From: Promethearchaeia archaeon
Lineage (GTDB): Archaea > Asgardarchaeota > Lokiarchaeia > Sigyniarchaeales > SOKP01
Reading direction: 5' to 3'
NCBI GenBank assembly: GCA_029856045.1
Contig: JAHQWG010000053.1
Span: 10,021-74,020, forward strand
DNA: 64,000 nucleotides
Shown: positions 10,356-20,326 of the stretch, in pieces
Layout: every line of letters starts with the position of its first letter
How positions within the stretch are numbered: the first letter of the stretch is position 1
Position numbers and translations under genes: made by a program
The notes under the pieces: generated by a model
What the model was told of the DNA's origin: nothing
The model's database searches: none
The model's input: the letters and a program-made list of their open reading frames with translations, nothing else

Positions 10356-11438
10356 TTATCTTAAATTTCCCCTCAAATAAGCTGATAAATACTTCTCATA
10401 TAATAACTTAAGGCTTGTCGGTATTGAAGTAGCGATAGCACATCCTAATCTGCATCTATCACAAAAATTATAATCATCATGCTTTTCCATAATTTCATAT
10501 ACTTCTTTAGATCGATATATTTTAGAGAGAGGTATCTTTAAGGCATTTAAACTATATAATGGGTGAAGCTTGCAGGGATAATCTACTTTTCCATCTTGTC
10601 TCACAAAGATGTAAGATCTGGCAACATGACACCTTAAAAAATTTTGATAATAAGCTGGAGCACCACCAAATCCTCCATTTTCTATTATCAACACTGTATA
10701 GAGGTCAGTTACCATATTAGAATATTTCTTTCGTAATTTTAAGACATTAGAGCCCCATATATTAATATCTGGAATAAAATCATTAATATTTTCTATTCTA
10801 TAAACCTTACCATTAATCTCCCGTATAATATCTTCAACGGGTAATATTTCTATTGTACAATTTAAATCGTTTGCTAGAGAAACCATATCCTCCATTAAAT
10901 TAAGATTTTCTTTCATAACAACAGTAGAGATAATCACATTTATTCCTCTGTCTTGCGCAATTTTTATTCCTTCAATAGCTTTATCAAATAACTTAATCCC
11001 CCGATATCTATCATGTAATTTTGCATTAGGAAAATCAAGTGAAATCAATATATAATCTAAACCATCAAAAGGATATTTTTTAAGCAATTTCGGTAATAAA
11101 AAACCGTTAGTAGCAACACCTGTATAAAAGGAATAGTTTTTTCCAATATATTTTATTAGTTCTGGTAAATCCTTTCTTAATGTTGGTTCCCCTCCTGTAA
11201 AAGAAACAGAATTTACTTTTAATATCTCCAATTGATCAATGATGCTTTTTACCTGTTCTGTTGTCATATTCGGTCCTAAAGCAGATTTTGGAATTGAATG
11301 AAATGTACAAAAGGGACATTTACCATTACAATCTAACGTCAGTTCAACTTGGGCGCTGTATGGAGTTGGAATATTTAGAAGATTGTTTTTTACTAAATTC
11401 TTGATGTATCGAAACCAATTAATTTTTTTAGCTGGAAT
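10356..11438 (-). CDS. Radical SAM protein with SPASM/twitch domain (extended to a probable ATT start)
   Basis: The CxxxCxxC motif (CNGKCPFC) lies 5' of the tracked ATG at 11267, in frame. FTGGEP, ATNG, and C-terminal C..G.V.PC..CxxCxxxC are present. Confidence 0.85.
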   Translation of the reverse strand: MPAKKINWFRYIKNLVKNNLLNIPTPYSAQVELTLDCNGKCPFCTFHSIPKSALGPNMTTEQVKSIIDQLEILKVNSVSFTGGEPTLRKDLPELIKYIGKNYSFYTGVATNGFLLPKLLKKYPFDGLDYILISLDFPNAKLHDRYRGIKLFDKAIEGIKIAQDRGINVIISTVVMKENLNLMEDMVSLANDLNCTIEILPVEDIIREINGKVYRIENINDFIPDINIWGSNVLKLRKKYSNMVTDLYTVLIIENGGFGGAPAYYQNFLRCHVARSYIFVRQDGKVDYPCKLHPLYSLNALKIPLSKIYRSKEVYEIMEKHDDYNFCDRCRLGCAIATSIPTSLKLLYEKYLSAYLRGNLR

Positions 11439-11610
11439 ACTACTACCTTCCTCTAACTTTATAAATAGTTATTTCTATTAGTAATAAATATCAATTATAC
11501 AATTTGATTATATGTAATTACCAAATTTCATAAATTTTTTTTTCTAATAAGCCGTTCAATTAAAATTAATCTTTTTTTTGTAATTTTTATACTTATAAAT
11601 TATATATTCT

Positions 11611-11634
11611 ATGTACAAAAAAAGATTTGTACGT
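11611..11634. promoter_or_regulatory. Inverted repeat in divergent intergenic region (candidate TF site)
   Basis: ATGTACAAA-N6-TTTGTACGT, 8/9 arms complementary. Confidence 0.3.
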
Positions 11635-11758
11635 GTTATAAAATCAGAACTATGTAGACACAACAATTATTTTATATAAAAAAACATTATATTATTCAAC
11701 CATTAAGTCACTTTAAAATTTTTATAAGGGAGCACTACAGTAGGGTTAAGGGTTAATT

Positions 11759-11878
11759 ATGTCGGAGGAGAATTCAAATTATATTTCAGAGTCAGATTTT
11801 TATAAAAATGTTCATAAATATCTCTCCTCTAAAAAAACAGAAGAAAAAAAAAAGAAAAAGAAAACAACTGAAGTATAA
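11759..11878 (+). CDS. 39-aa small protein with poly-Lys tail
   Basis: MSEENSNYISESDFYKNVHKYLSSKKTEEKKKKKKTTEV*. TATA-like TTTATAAG at about 11721. Confidence 0.5.
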   Translation: MSEENSNYISESDFYKNVHKYLSSKKTEEKKKKKKTTEV

Positions 11879-12007
11879 TTTAAGTCGAATAAAAAAAGGT
11901 GGCTAATTTTATTCTGTTTGTTAATAAAAATCTATAAAATTTTTTAATTTTTATTTCAATTTACTAAAACTTATAATTTTTTCACAATACATTTTATAGA
12001 AGAATTA

Positions 12008-13828
12008 ATGGTTGACGGCTTTAACTTTAAGCAAATATTTTTAAGACGAAGGGAGAGATTTCTTAGTAAAGATTATAAATCTAGCTTAAGGCAGATTCTT
12101 TCGTATTTATGGATTTATAAAAAACTATTTATCATCACACTTATTCTTGGAATTTCCCAATCAATTTTATTTTTAACTTTGCCCTTATTCTTGGGCCCCG
12201 CTATGGATATTATTACTACCCCTACTATTCCGTTAGAGAATATTTTTCAATTATTTTGGCTTATGTTCGGTTTACAGATTATAACCGGGGTTATTTTTGG
12301 AATTAGAATTTATATCAATAGATGGGTTGGAGCAAATATAATTTACAATTTAAGGAACGACTTTTTCTCAACTATTCAAATTATGTCTTTCGGATGGTTG
12401 GATAAAAATAAGACTGGAGAATTAATCTCAAGGGGTATATCAGATATAAATTTATTAAAAGAGTTTTTAGCAAATAACCTGCAATATTTTATTCGAAGTA
12501 CTGTTACATTTTGTTTTAGTTTTGTTATTTTATTCTATATAAATGCGGAACTGGCTTTTTATGTCTTAATAATTTCACCTTCATTACTTATCGTGCTTAT
12601 TATTTTTAGAAAAAAGTTACGTCCTGTTTTTAAAAAATCGAGGGAGACATATGCTGATTTAACACATTTTATACAGGAAAATATTCAGGGTGCCCGGGTT
12701 GTTAAATCTTTTGGGCGAGAAAAGCATGAAATAAAAAAATTTGAGAAAGTAAATGATCAATATTTTGATGATTCAATGGGGATTATAAAGTTACAGGCAT
12801 TCTTTGACCCAATTATTTATGTAATTGATAATATTGCCTTCTTAATTGTAATTTTATTAGGGGGACTATTTGTTATAAATGGCCAAATGACATTTGGAGA
12901 TATTTTCTCATTCGTCATGGTTATGAATTTTTCGATTGAACCCCTCTATTTTATTAGTAGATTTATTGGTAACTTGCCTCAAATATCTGAAACTTGTGAC
13001 CGAATAACTCTTGTTCTTAACTCAGAAATAATCGTAAAAGAGAAACTGGACGCGATTGAAATGCCTCCCATTAAAGGACAAATCGAATTTAAGAATATGT
13101 ATTTTTCCTTTGACCAAAAAAAAGAAACTAATGGACTTTATGTTCTAAAAAATATTAATTTAAAAGTAAAACCCGGCGAAAACATAGCCATCTTGGGAGC
13201 TACGGGAAGTGGAAAATCAGCGTTTGTAAAGCTGCTTCCAAGGTTTTACGAAGTATCTAAAGGTAGTATATCAATAGATGGTATTAACATAAGAGATGTT
13301 TCATTTAAATCTTTAAGATCCCAAATAGGGTATGTAAGCCAAGAAAGATTGTTATTTTCAAGGACTATTAAAGAAAATATAGCGTTTGGTAAGAGGGATA
13401 TTACTTTTAAGGATATAAAATACGCCGCTGACGCGTCGGATATAAATGAATTTATCGAAAGCTTACCTGAAAAGTACGATACAAAAGTAGGAGAACGAGG
13501 GACAACAGTGTCGGGAGGCCAAAAACAGAGGTTAGCAATTGCAAGAGCTATTGCAATTAAACCAAGAATCTTAATTCTTGACGATGCAACCTCAAGCGTA
13601 GATGTAGATACAGAATATGCAATTCAAAAACATTTTAAAGAAGTTTTTAAAGGAACCACAGTCTTTTTAATAACCCAAAGATTAAGTTCGGTTCGAAATG
13701 CTGACAGAATTATAGTTTTGGATAAAGGACAAATCGCGCAAGTTGGAACTCATGAAGAATTGATGGACCAAGATGATGGAATTTATAAAAAGCTTTATTT
13801 AACTTTAAAAATTGAGGAGAGAGCTTAA
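12008..13828 (+). CDS. ABC exporter TMD-NBD half (degenerate-site subunit)
   Basis: GATGSGKS, VSGGQKQR, Walker B ILDDATS (E->D), H-loop TQR (H->Q). Confidence 0.93.
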   Translation: MVDGFNFKQIFLRRRERFLSKDYKSSLRQILSYLWIYKKLFIITLILGISQSILFLTLPLFLGPAMDIITTPTIPLENIFQLFWLMFGLQIITGVIFGIRIYINRWVGANIIYNLRNDFFSTIQIMSFGWLDKNKTGELISRGISDINLLKEFLANNLQYFIRSTVTFCFSFVILFYINAELAFYVLIISPSLLIVLIIFRKKLRPVFKKSRETYADLTHFIQENIQGARVVKSFGREKHEIKKFEKVNDQYFDDSMGIIKLQAFFDPIIYVIDNIAFLIVILLGGLFVINGQMTFGDIFSFVMVMNFSIEPLYFISRFIGNLPQISETCDRITLVLNSEIIVKEKLDAIEMPPIKGQIEFKNMYFSFDQKKETNGLYVLKNINLKVKPGENIAILGATGSGKSAFVKLLPRFYEVSKGSISIDGINIRDVSFKSLRSQIGYVSQERLLFSRTIKENIAFGKRDITFKDIKYAADASDINEFIESLPEKYDTKVGERGTTVSGGQKQRLAIARAIAIKPRILILDDATSSVDVDTEYAIQKHFKEVFKGTTVFLITQRLSSVRNADRIIVLDKGQIAQVGTHEELMDQDDGIYKKLYLTLKIEERA

Positions 13829-15769
13829 ATGCCAAGGAAAAAGAGGAAAACTGTAATTAATGCTGATGAAGAATACACAAGAACAATGAGTACTCTCCAA
13901 GTTATTAAACGGCTGTATGGCTATATAGGTCTTGGTAATCGAAAATATATTTATATTTTTATTATTGCAGTCTCATTTAATGCCTTATTTAGTTGGTTTA
14001 CTCCTTTATTGTTCAAAATTTTTATTGATGAAGGATTAGGGGGTGGATTAACTGGAACAGCTGGAGATATAAATGTAATTTTCTTGGCAGGAACATTATT
14101 CTTTATTTTTACTATATCAAGTGTATTTATCCGTATCATTCAGAATTACATAATTCAAAAACTTGCTACAAAAACAATGTATAATCTAAGATCTGGTATC
14201 TTTAACAAATTACAGTTTCTTGGATTGGATTACTATGATGGAAAAGATGAAAGAACTGGGAAATTCAGAACAACTGGGAAAATCATTAGTTATGCGACAA
14301 ATGATGTAAATACTATTCAAGAATTGATTGCTTCAGGAATGTTAATGGTTATTGGAAATTTCTTTTTGGTATTTGGAGCTTTGATTTTCATGATTATCTT
14401 AAGTCCACATTTAACATTATTCTCTTTTTTACTTCTAGTACCTATTTTTTTTACTGCTTCGATTGTATTTAGAAAAGCTAGAAAATATTTTAAAGAATTA
14501 AGGGAAAGAGTAGCCGTTGTTAATAGTGTATTAGATGAATCAATTGTTGGTATGCGTATTATTCAATCTTTTGCAGTAGAAGAGGAAAACTTTAGCGAGT
14601 TTAATGAAGCCACGAATAATGAAATGGAAATATCCATAAAATCAGCAAAATTGTTTGCGTTTATCCCAGGAATTATCATTTTAGTAATGACAATAGGAAT
14701 TGGTTCATTAATCATAGCATCTGGCTTTTTAGTGCGTCAGGGATTATTAACTTCAGGTACTCTTGTTGCATTTATTTTTTATCTATTCACATTTTTTGAA
14801 CCAATATTTCAGTTAGTTAATTTCTTTACATTATTACAAAATTCTATCAGTGCATGTGAAAGGATTATACGGTTACTCAATGCAGAACCTTCAATCACTG
14901 ATAATGAAGTAGCTATAGATATTGATGACATTAAAGGAAAAATTGAATATAAAAATGTGGATTTCGAATATGAAGAAAATACACCTATTTTAAAAAATAT
15001 TGATATTACTATAAGAGAAAATGAAAGATTAGCACTTGTTGGTTATACGGGTGCTGGAAAAACTACTCTTATAAAATTAATAAGTAGATTTTATGATACC
15101 ACTAAAGGAGGCATTTATTTAGATGGTTTAAACCTTAGAGATATTAAAACCAATTCATTAAGAGGATCAATGGGTATTGTTTTACAAGAAAATTTTCTCT
15201 TCTCGGAAACAATAATGGACAATATCAAATATGGGAAATTAGATGCAACAGATGAAGAAGTAATTGAAGCTGCAAAAAAAGTAAGCGCTCATGAATTCAT
15301 TATAGAATTAGAGGATGGATATAATACGATTGTAGGAGAACGTGGAAGCAGACTCTCTGAAGGACAACGTCAATTAATTGCTTTTGCGAGAGCTCTCATT
15401 GCAGATCCCCCAATCTTAATATTAGATGAGGCAACTTCATCGATTGATCCATACTCAGAACTTTTAATCCAACAAGCATTGGAAACTTTGTTAAAGGGAA
15501 GAACATCGATTAGTATTGCTCATAGATTATCTACGATTATTAATGCAGATAGAATTCTTGTATTAAATGATGGCGAAATTATTGAAGAAGGAACACATGA
15601 TGAACTAGTTAAAAAAAATGGATTCTATAACCATTTATATAAAATGCAGTTTAAAGATCCCTTCAAAAAAGAAAAATATGATGAAAAAGATAAAACTCTA
15701 GAAGAAATAGGCAGATTAGGCCCTCAAGATTTTGATCGTAGAAGAGGAGGATTTGGGGATTTATTTTAA
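13829..15769 (+). CDS. ABC exporter TMD-NBD half (consensus-site subunit)
   Basis: GYTGAGKT, LSEGQRQ, ILDEATS, AHRL. Abuts the partner gene; TM287/288-type heterodimer. Confidence 0.93.
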   Translation: MPRKKRKTVINADEEYTRTMSTLQVIKRLYGYIGLGNRKYIYIFIIAVSFNALFSWFTPLLFKIFIDEGLGGGLTGTAGDINVIFLAGTLFFIFTISSVFIRIIQNYIIQKLATKTMYNLRSGIFNKLQFLGLDYYDGKDERTGKFRTTGKIISYATNDVNTIQELIASGMLMVIGNFFLVFGALIFMIILSPHLTLFSFLLLVPIFFTASIVFRKARKYFKELRERVAVVNSVLDESIVGMRIIQSFAVEEENFSEFNEATNNEMEISIKSAKLFAFIPGIIILVMTIGIGSLIIASGFLVRQGLLTSGTLVAFIFYLFTFFEPIFQLVNFFTLLQNSISACERIIRLLNAEPSITDNEVAIDIDDIKGKIEYKNVDFEYEENTPILKNIDITIRENERLALVGYTGAGKTTLIKLISRFYDTTKGGIYLDGLNLRDIKTNSLRGSMGIVLQENFLFSETIMDNIKYGKLDATDEEVIEAAKKVSAHEFIIELEDGYNTIVGERGSRLSEGQRQLIAFARALIADPPILILDEATSSIDPYSELLIQQALETLLKGRTSISIAHRLSTIINADRILVLNDGEIIEEGTHDELVKKNGFYNHLYKMQFKDPFKKEKYDEKDKTLEEIGRLGPQDFDRRRGGFGDLF

Positions 15770-15804
15770 AATCTAAAAATTTAATAAAAAAAAGACTTAG
15801 AAAT

Positions 15805-16068
15805 ATGGCAAAAGAAGAATTAAAAGACAAAATTAAATATTTCCAAGAACAAATTGATAACTATATATTAATTAGAGCAAATAAATCTCAATTTAATAAA
15901 GATAAAGTATATCATTGTAAAAATTTAAAAAAATTGCTAGAGGAATCTCCTAAATTTATTAAATATTTAAATGAAGATTATAAAGAAAAGCTGATCAATT
16001 TAAATTTTTTTTATGTAGATAAGTGTAAGGGACCAGTTATTAAGGTCGACCCTAGAAAATATGGATAA
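15805..16068 (+). CDS. Hypothetical protein
   Basis: 87-aa ATG ORF co-oriented after the ABC genes. Confidence 0.55.
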   Translation: MAKEELKDKIKYFQEQIDNYILIRANKSQFNKDKVYHCKNLKKLLEESPKFIKYLNEDYKEKLINLNFFYVDKCKGPVIKVDPRKYG

Positions 16069-16236
16069 TTTTAATGTTATAATAAAACTTAGGGTTTTTT
16101 TTTATTAAAAATTTAATTTATTTTCATTTCTTAAAATCATCCTTAAGAACAACATTTAATATTTTTAATAATCTTTAATACATAATTTTGTAATCAATAA
16201 TTTTATTAATAATCAAAAAAATTAAAGTGAAATATA

Positions 16237-17496
16237 ATGGGGAAATTAGCTAGAAAGGTCGCTCTTGTTGGAGCAGGTACAAGTAAATTTGGTCAAACCT
16301 TCCCATTAAGGCGAATACCTGAACACTGGACTGATGCTTGGCTAAATGCTGTTGCAACTGTAGATAATGGAATCGAACCGAAAGATATTGAAGCATGTTA
16401 TGTTGGAAATTATTCGGCTGATTTATTTAATCATCAAGGTCATTTGGGTCCAATGATATCATCCCTTGTCGGTTTAAATCCAAAACCAGCACCAAGATTT
16501 GAAGGAGCGTGTGCAAGTAGTGGAATTGCCATGAGACAAGCGTTAATAACAATCGCTTCTGGATTAATGGATGTGATTTGCGTTAGTGGAATTGAAGTTA
16601 TGACTGAAGTTCCGACGGTGGGTGTAACTGACGCGCTTGCAACTGCTTCAGATGTATCTTTTGAATATACAGCTGGTGCAACTTTTCCGGGTTTATATGC
16701 GGCCATTGCTACAGCACACATGCATAAATATGGAACTACTCACGAAGATTTAATGAGAGTAGCTATAAAAAATCACATTAATGGTAAAGAAAATCCATAT
16801 GCACAAATGCAAAGAAGTATTAAAGATTTAATGGAAAGAAAAATAGCAAAAATAAAAGGAGCTGGAGGAGAAGTTCCTGATTGGAAGGATGAATTTGATT
16901 ATTTAAAAAGCCCTTCCAACCCTCCGATTGCTTGGCCGCTTCATTTATTTGACTGTTCTTTAGTAACAGATGGTGCCGCTTGCCTTTTTCTGGCATCTGA
17001 AGATGTAGCTAAGAAGTTTACGGATAACCCAATTTGGATTACTGGGACTGGACAAGGAAGTGCTGCAATAGCAATGCATGATCGATCAACATTAACAGCA
17101 TTAGAAGCGACTGTTGAAGCTTCAAGGCAAGCCTATCAAATGTCTGGCAGAGGTCCTAAAGATATACAGATTGCTGAAGTTCATGATTGTTTTACAATTG
17201 CTGAGATTTGCGCAATGGAAGATTTAGGCTTTTATGAGAAAGGGAAAGCGGTTGAAGCTATAAAAAATAAAGACACTTATAGAGATGGTGTTAAACCTAT
17301 AAATACTTCTGGAGGTTTAAAAAGTAAAGGTCATCCAGTAGGAGCAACAGGTGCTGCACAAGCCGTTGAAATATTTAAACAAATGAGAGGTATAGCAGAA
17401 CGCGATAGACAAGTAAAATTTGATGTAGAAATTGCAATGACACACAATCTTGGAGGGTCTGGGGGGTCTTGTGTAGTTACAATTTATGAAAAATAA
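16237..17496 (+). CDS. Archaeal-type thiolase (acetyl-CoA C-acyltransferase)
   Basis: EGACASSG, AEVHDCF, SGGLKSKGHPVGATG, THNLGG. Confidence 0.93.
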   Translation: MGKLARKVALVGAGTSKFGQTFPLRRIPEHWTDAWLNAVATVDNGIEPKDIEACYVGNYSADLFNHQGHLGPMISSLVGLNPKPAPRFEGACASSGIAMRQALITIASGLMDVICVSGIEVMTEVPTVGVTDALATASDVSFEYTAGATFPGLYAAIATAHMHKYGTTHEDLMRVAIKNHINGKENPYAQMQRSIKDLMERKIAKIKGAGGEVPDWKDEFDYLKSPSNPPIAWPLHLFDCSLVTDGAACLFLASEDVAKKFTDNPIWITGTGQGSAAIAMHDRSTLTALEATVEASRQAYQMSGRGPKDIQIAEVHDCFTIAEICAMEDLGFYEKGKAVEAIKNKDTYRDGVKPINTSGGLKSKGHPVGATGAAQAVEIFKQMRGIAERDRQVKFDVEIAMTHNLGGSGGSCVVTIYEK

Positions 17497-17512
17497 AAAC
17501 GAGGTAAAGAAA

Positions 17513-17944
17513 ATGAGCGAAAATGAAAATGAAAATGAAATAACGATCAATAATTATTTAAAATATCTTTCAGAAGGAAAATTAATGGGTTCCAAATGTA
17601 AAATCTGTGGTCATGTTGACGTACCCGCCAGAAAATTATGCAGTAAATGCATAAAACCTGAAAATGAATGGATAGAAATGTCTGGAAAAGGAAAAATAGC
17701 CGCTTTTACAAGCATTAATGTAGGAACACCATATTTCGTGAAAAAAGGATACGATAGAAAAAGGCCCTATGTTTTTAGCATTATAAAACTAGATGAAGGA
17801 CCCATGGTCTCCGCACAATTAGTCGGTGTTGATGAATCTCATCCAGAAACCATTAAAATTGAAATGCCTGTAAAAGTAAAATTTCTCAAAGTAGAAGTAG
17901 AAGGGCTTCCTGAAAAAGTTGATTTAGGATTTGAACCTGCATGA
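17513..17944 (+). CDS. DUF35 Zn-ribbon/OB-fold thiolase partner
   Basis: CKICG...PARKLCSKC, then an OB fold. GAGGT SD 7 nt before ATG 17513 (ORF track starts at 17486). Confidence 0.9.
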   Translation: MSENENENEITINNYLKYLSEGKLMGSKCKICGHVDVPARKLCSKCIKPENEWIEMSGKGKIAAFTSINVGTPYFVKKGYDRKRPYVFSIIKLDEGPMVSAQLVGVDESHPETIKIEMPVKVKFLKVEVEGLPEKVDLGFEPA

Positions 17945-18004
17945 AATCTTAGAAAACCAAAAATATATCTAAAATTATAATTTTCTTTCTATTTTTATTA
18001 TCTG

Positions 18005-18691
18005 ATGAATTTGAAACTAAAATCGGGCTTATCCAGAGTATTTCAAGAGCTTTCAGAAATATTTGATATTATAAAAGAGGATTTTTCAAATATTTCCGAT
18101 AAAACTACCAAGAAATCTAAAAAATTAAATAAATGGCTCGAAATGCTCGACAATTTTTTATTGAAACATGAAAATATCCTATTAAATCTGAAACCTTCAA
18201 TTGAAAAGAAATTTTCTATTAAATTTAAAAATCCTAATTTGATTACTTTAGCTTTATTTAGACCGAGCACTAAAAATATCTTCACTGAATTGAATATTTA
18301 TTTCCAAGAAGAACATCCTAATTTTCTTAATATTGAAAAATTGGAGAATATGTCGAATCTTGGTGATATAGCTGAGGGTCTAGCCCTCCTTGGAGATTCT
18401 GCTTTAGATTTAGCAGTATCACATACTCTCTGGGAAGAAGGAATAACAGATAAAGGAACAATAACTCTAGAGAAAGCACAAATGGTTCAGAATTTAAATC
18501 TTGCAAAATATTGTGATGATTTAGATTTATATCATAATAGAATTCATATGGAATTAAATGTAAATGAAACTAAACTCGAAACTATTAATCATATAAAAGC
18601 AACTTTGGTAGAAGCAATAATAGGAATAATTTATTTGGAAAAAGGGGTGCAAGGGGTAATTAAATTTTTAAAAAAAATAGAAGAAAACTAA
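18005..18691 (+). CDS. RNase III-domain protein without dsRBD (Mini-III-like active-site signature)
   Basis: FKNPNLITLAL, EGLALLGDSAL, ATLVEAIIGIIYLE. Confidence 0.8.
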   Translation: MNLKLKSGLSRVFQELSEIFDIIKEDFSNISDKTTKKSKKLNKWLEMLDNFLLKHENILLNLKPSIEKKFSIKFKNPNLITLALFRPSTKNIFTELNIYFQEEHPNFLNIEKLENMSNLGDIAEGLALLGDSALDLAVSHTLWEEGITDKGTITLEKAQMVQNLNLAKYCDDLDLYHNRIHMELNVNETKLETINHIKATLVEAIIGIIYLEKGVQGVIKFLKKIEEN

Positions 18692-18846
18692 GTTTAAATA
18701 AATTGTAAATTGTTACCATTGTATTGAGAACTTTTCTCTCTTTTCCTCATATAATTTTTTAATATCTTTTCTTAATTGTTTAAATCATAAAGATTTATTA
18801 GGAAAAAAAAGAAATATTATCAACTTAAAAAAAAAGTTGAATTTTT

Positions 18847-20256
18847 ATGAGCACATCTGAAAATGATATAAAAAGATCAAAATTTTCATATAAACGCGGA
18901 CTTGCCTATAGTATCGGCCAAATGTCAGATATTACATCATACCAAACATTTACATTCTTAGTATTTACTTTTTACTATGCTGTTGTTGGAATTAACGTAT
19001 TTTTAATAACGATCGGTTTTATAATATGGGCTTTCTGGAATAGTTTCAACGATTTTCTTATCGGATATTTATCAGACAGAACACATACAAAATGGGGAAG
19101 GAGGTATCCTTATATAATGTTTTCAATAATTCCTTTAGCATTCATAATGTTTTTTCTATTTACACCTCTATTTCCCATAGGTACAGATTATCAAATCGCA
19201 AACTTTGTATATTTTTTAATAATAATTATTATCTTTGAACTGTTTTTTACAATGTACGACTTAAATTATACTGCACTTTTTCCTGAATTATTTCTAACCC
19301 TTGAAGAAAGAACAAAAGCCAACAATTTAAGACAAGCATTTGCGATTATTGGATTAATTATGGCTTTTGTTCTGCCTGGATTGTTCATTACCGATTACTC
19401 TGACCCTCAATACCTTGGAGAATATCAGTTATTTGGAATAATTATTGCGATAATTGTTATCATCCCGGGACTCATTTTTCTTAAAATAACTCCTAGAGAA
19501 AAAGCTGAATTTCAACAGGATTATAAAAAAACGCCAAGATTCATTAATTCCCTTAAAACTTGTGTTAAAAGTAAAAGTTTTATGTGGTATATTCCTGCAG
19601 AAGTTGCAAATTGGTTTGTATACGGTATTCTACCTGCGATTGTTCCACTGTATGGAAAATTTGTCTTAGAAATTACGGATACATTACTTCTCTCTCTATT
19701 ATTAGGAGTTGCATTCATTTCTGCGGCTATTTTTATGACTATATTATGGAAACCAGTTGTTCAAAAGATTGGACCAAGGAAGTCTTGGTTAATGTCTATG
19801 TCAATATGGATAGCGACGCTTATACCTCTATTGTTCATTGGGGATATGATCTCAGGATTCATTGTTTTTTTTTTAATAGGTATCGGCTTATCTGGCTCGC
19901 TATATATAATTGATATTATTATTTCTGATATCATTGATGAAGATGAGATTAATACTGGAATACGTAGAGAAGGAGCATATTATGGAGTGAATATGTTCCT
20001 AATGCACTTATCGACAGTTTTTGTGTTTTTAGCCATAAGTTCAGTATTTACGACCGTCGGTTGGGCTGTATTTGAGCCAGAAAACATAACTCCAGAGATC
20101 ATTTTTGGACTTAGAAGTCTAATGGCTATCTTTCCATCAATTGCTATATTTATTGCTCTTCTTGTTATATATAAATATCCTTTAGATGGAGAACGGTTAA
20201 AACAAGTTAAGCAACAACGCGAAAAATTACACGAAGAAAAGAAATCAAAAATATAA
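18847..20256 (+). CDS. MFS transporter, GPH (MelB-like) family
   Basis: GYLSDRTHTKWGRR, DIIDEDE..TGIRREGAYYG, YPL; about 12 TM. Confidence 0.92.
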   Translation: MSTSENDIKRSKFSYKRGLAYSIGQMSDITSYQTFTFLVFTFYYAVVGINVFLITIGFIIWAFWNSFNDFLIGYLSDRTHTKWGRRYPYIMFSIIPLAFIMFFLFTPLFPIGTDYQIANFVYFLIIIIIFELFFTMYDLNYTALFPELFLTLEERTKANNLRQAFAIIGLIMAFVLPGLFITDYSDPQYLGEYQLFGIIIAIIVIIPGLIFLKITPREKAEFQQDYKKTPRFINSLKTCVKSKSFMWYIPAEVANWFVYGILPAIVPLYGKFVLEITDTLLLSLLLGVAFISAAIFMTILWKPVVQKIGPRKSWLMSMSIWIATLIPLLFIGDMISGFIVFFLIGIGLSGSLYIIDIIISDIIDEDEINTGIRREGAYYGVNMFLMHLSTVFVFLAISSVFTTVGWAVFEPENITPEIIFGLRSLMAIFPSIAIFIALLVIYKYPLDGERLKQVKQQREKLHEEKKSKI

Positions 20257-20326
20257 TAACTTTCTTTTTTTTATTTTTTCTATATTTTTTCTATTTTATT
20301 TCTAAGGTATTTCAAATGAAAATTTT

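Noticed and set aside
11741-11756. Telomere-like TAGGGTTAAGGGTTAA
   Set aside because: Only two imperfect units, and it probably serves as the purine-rich leader of the small ORF.
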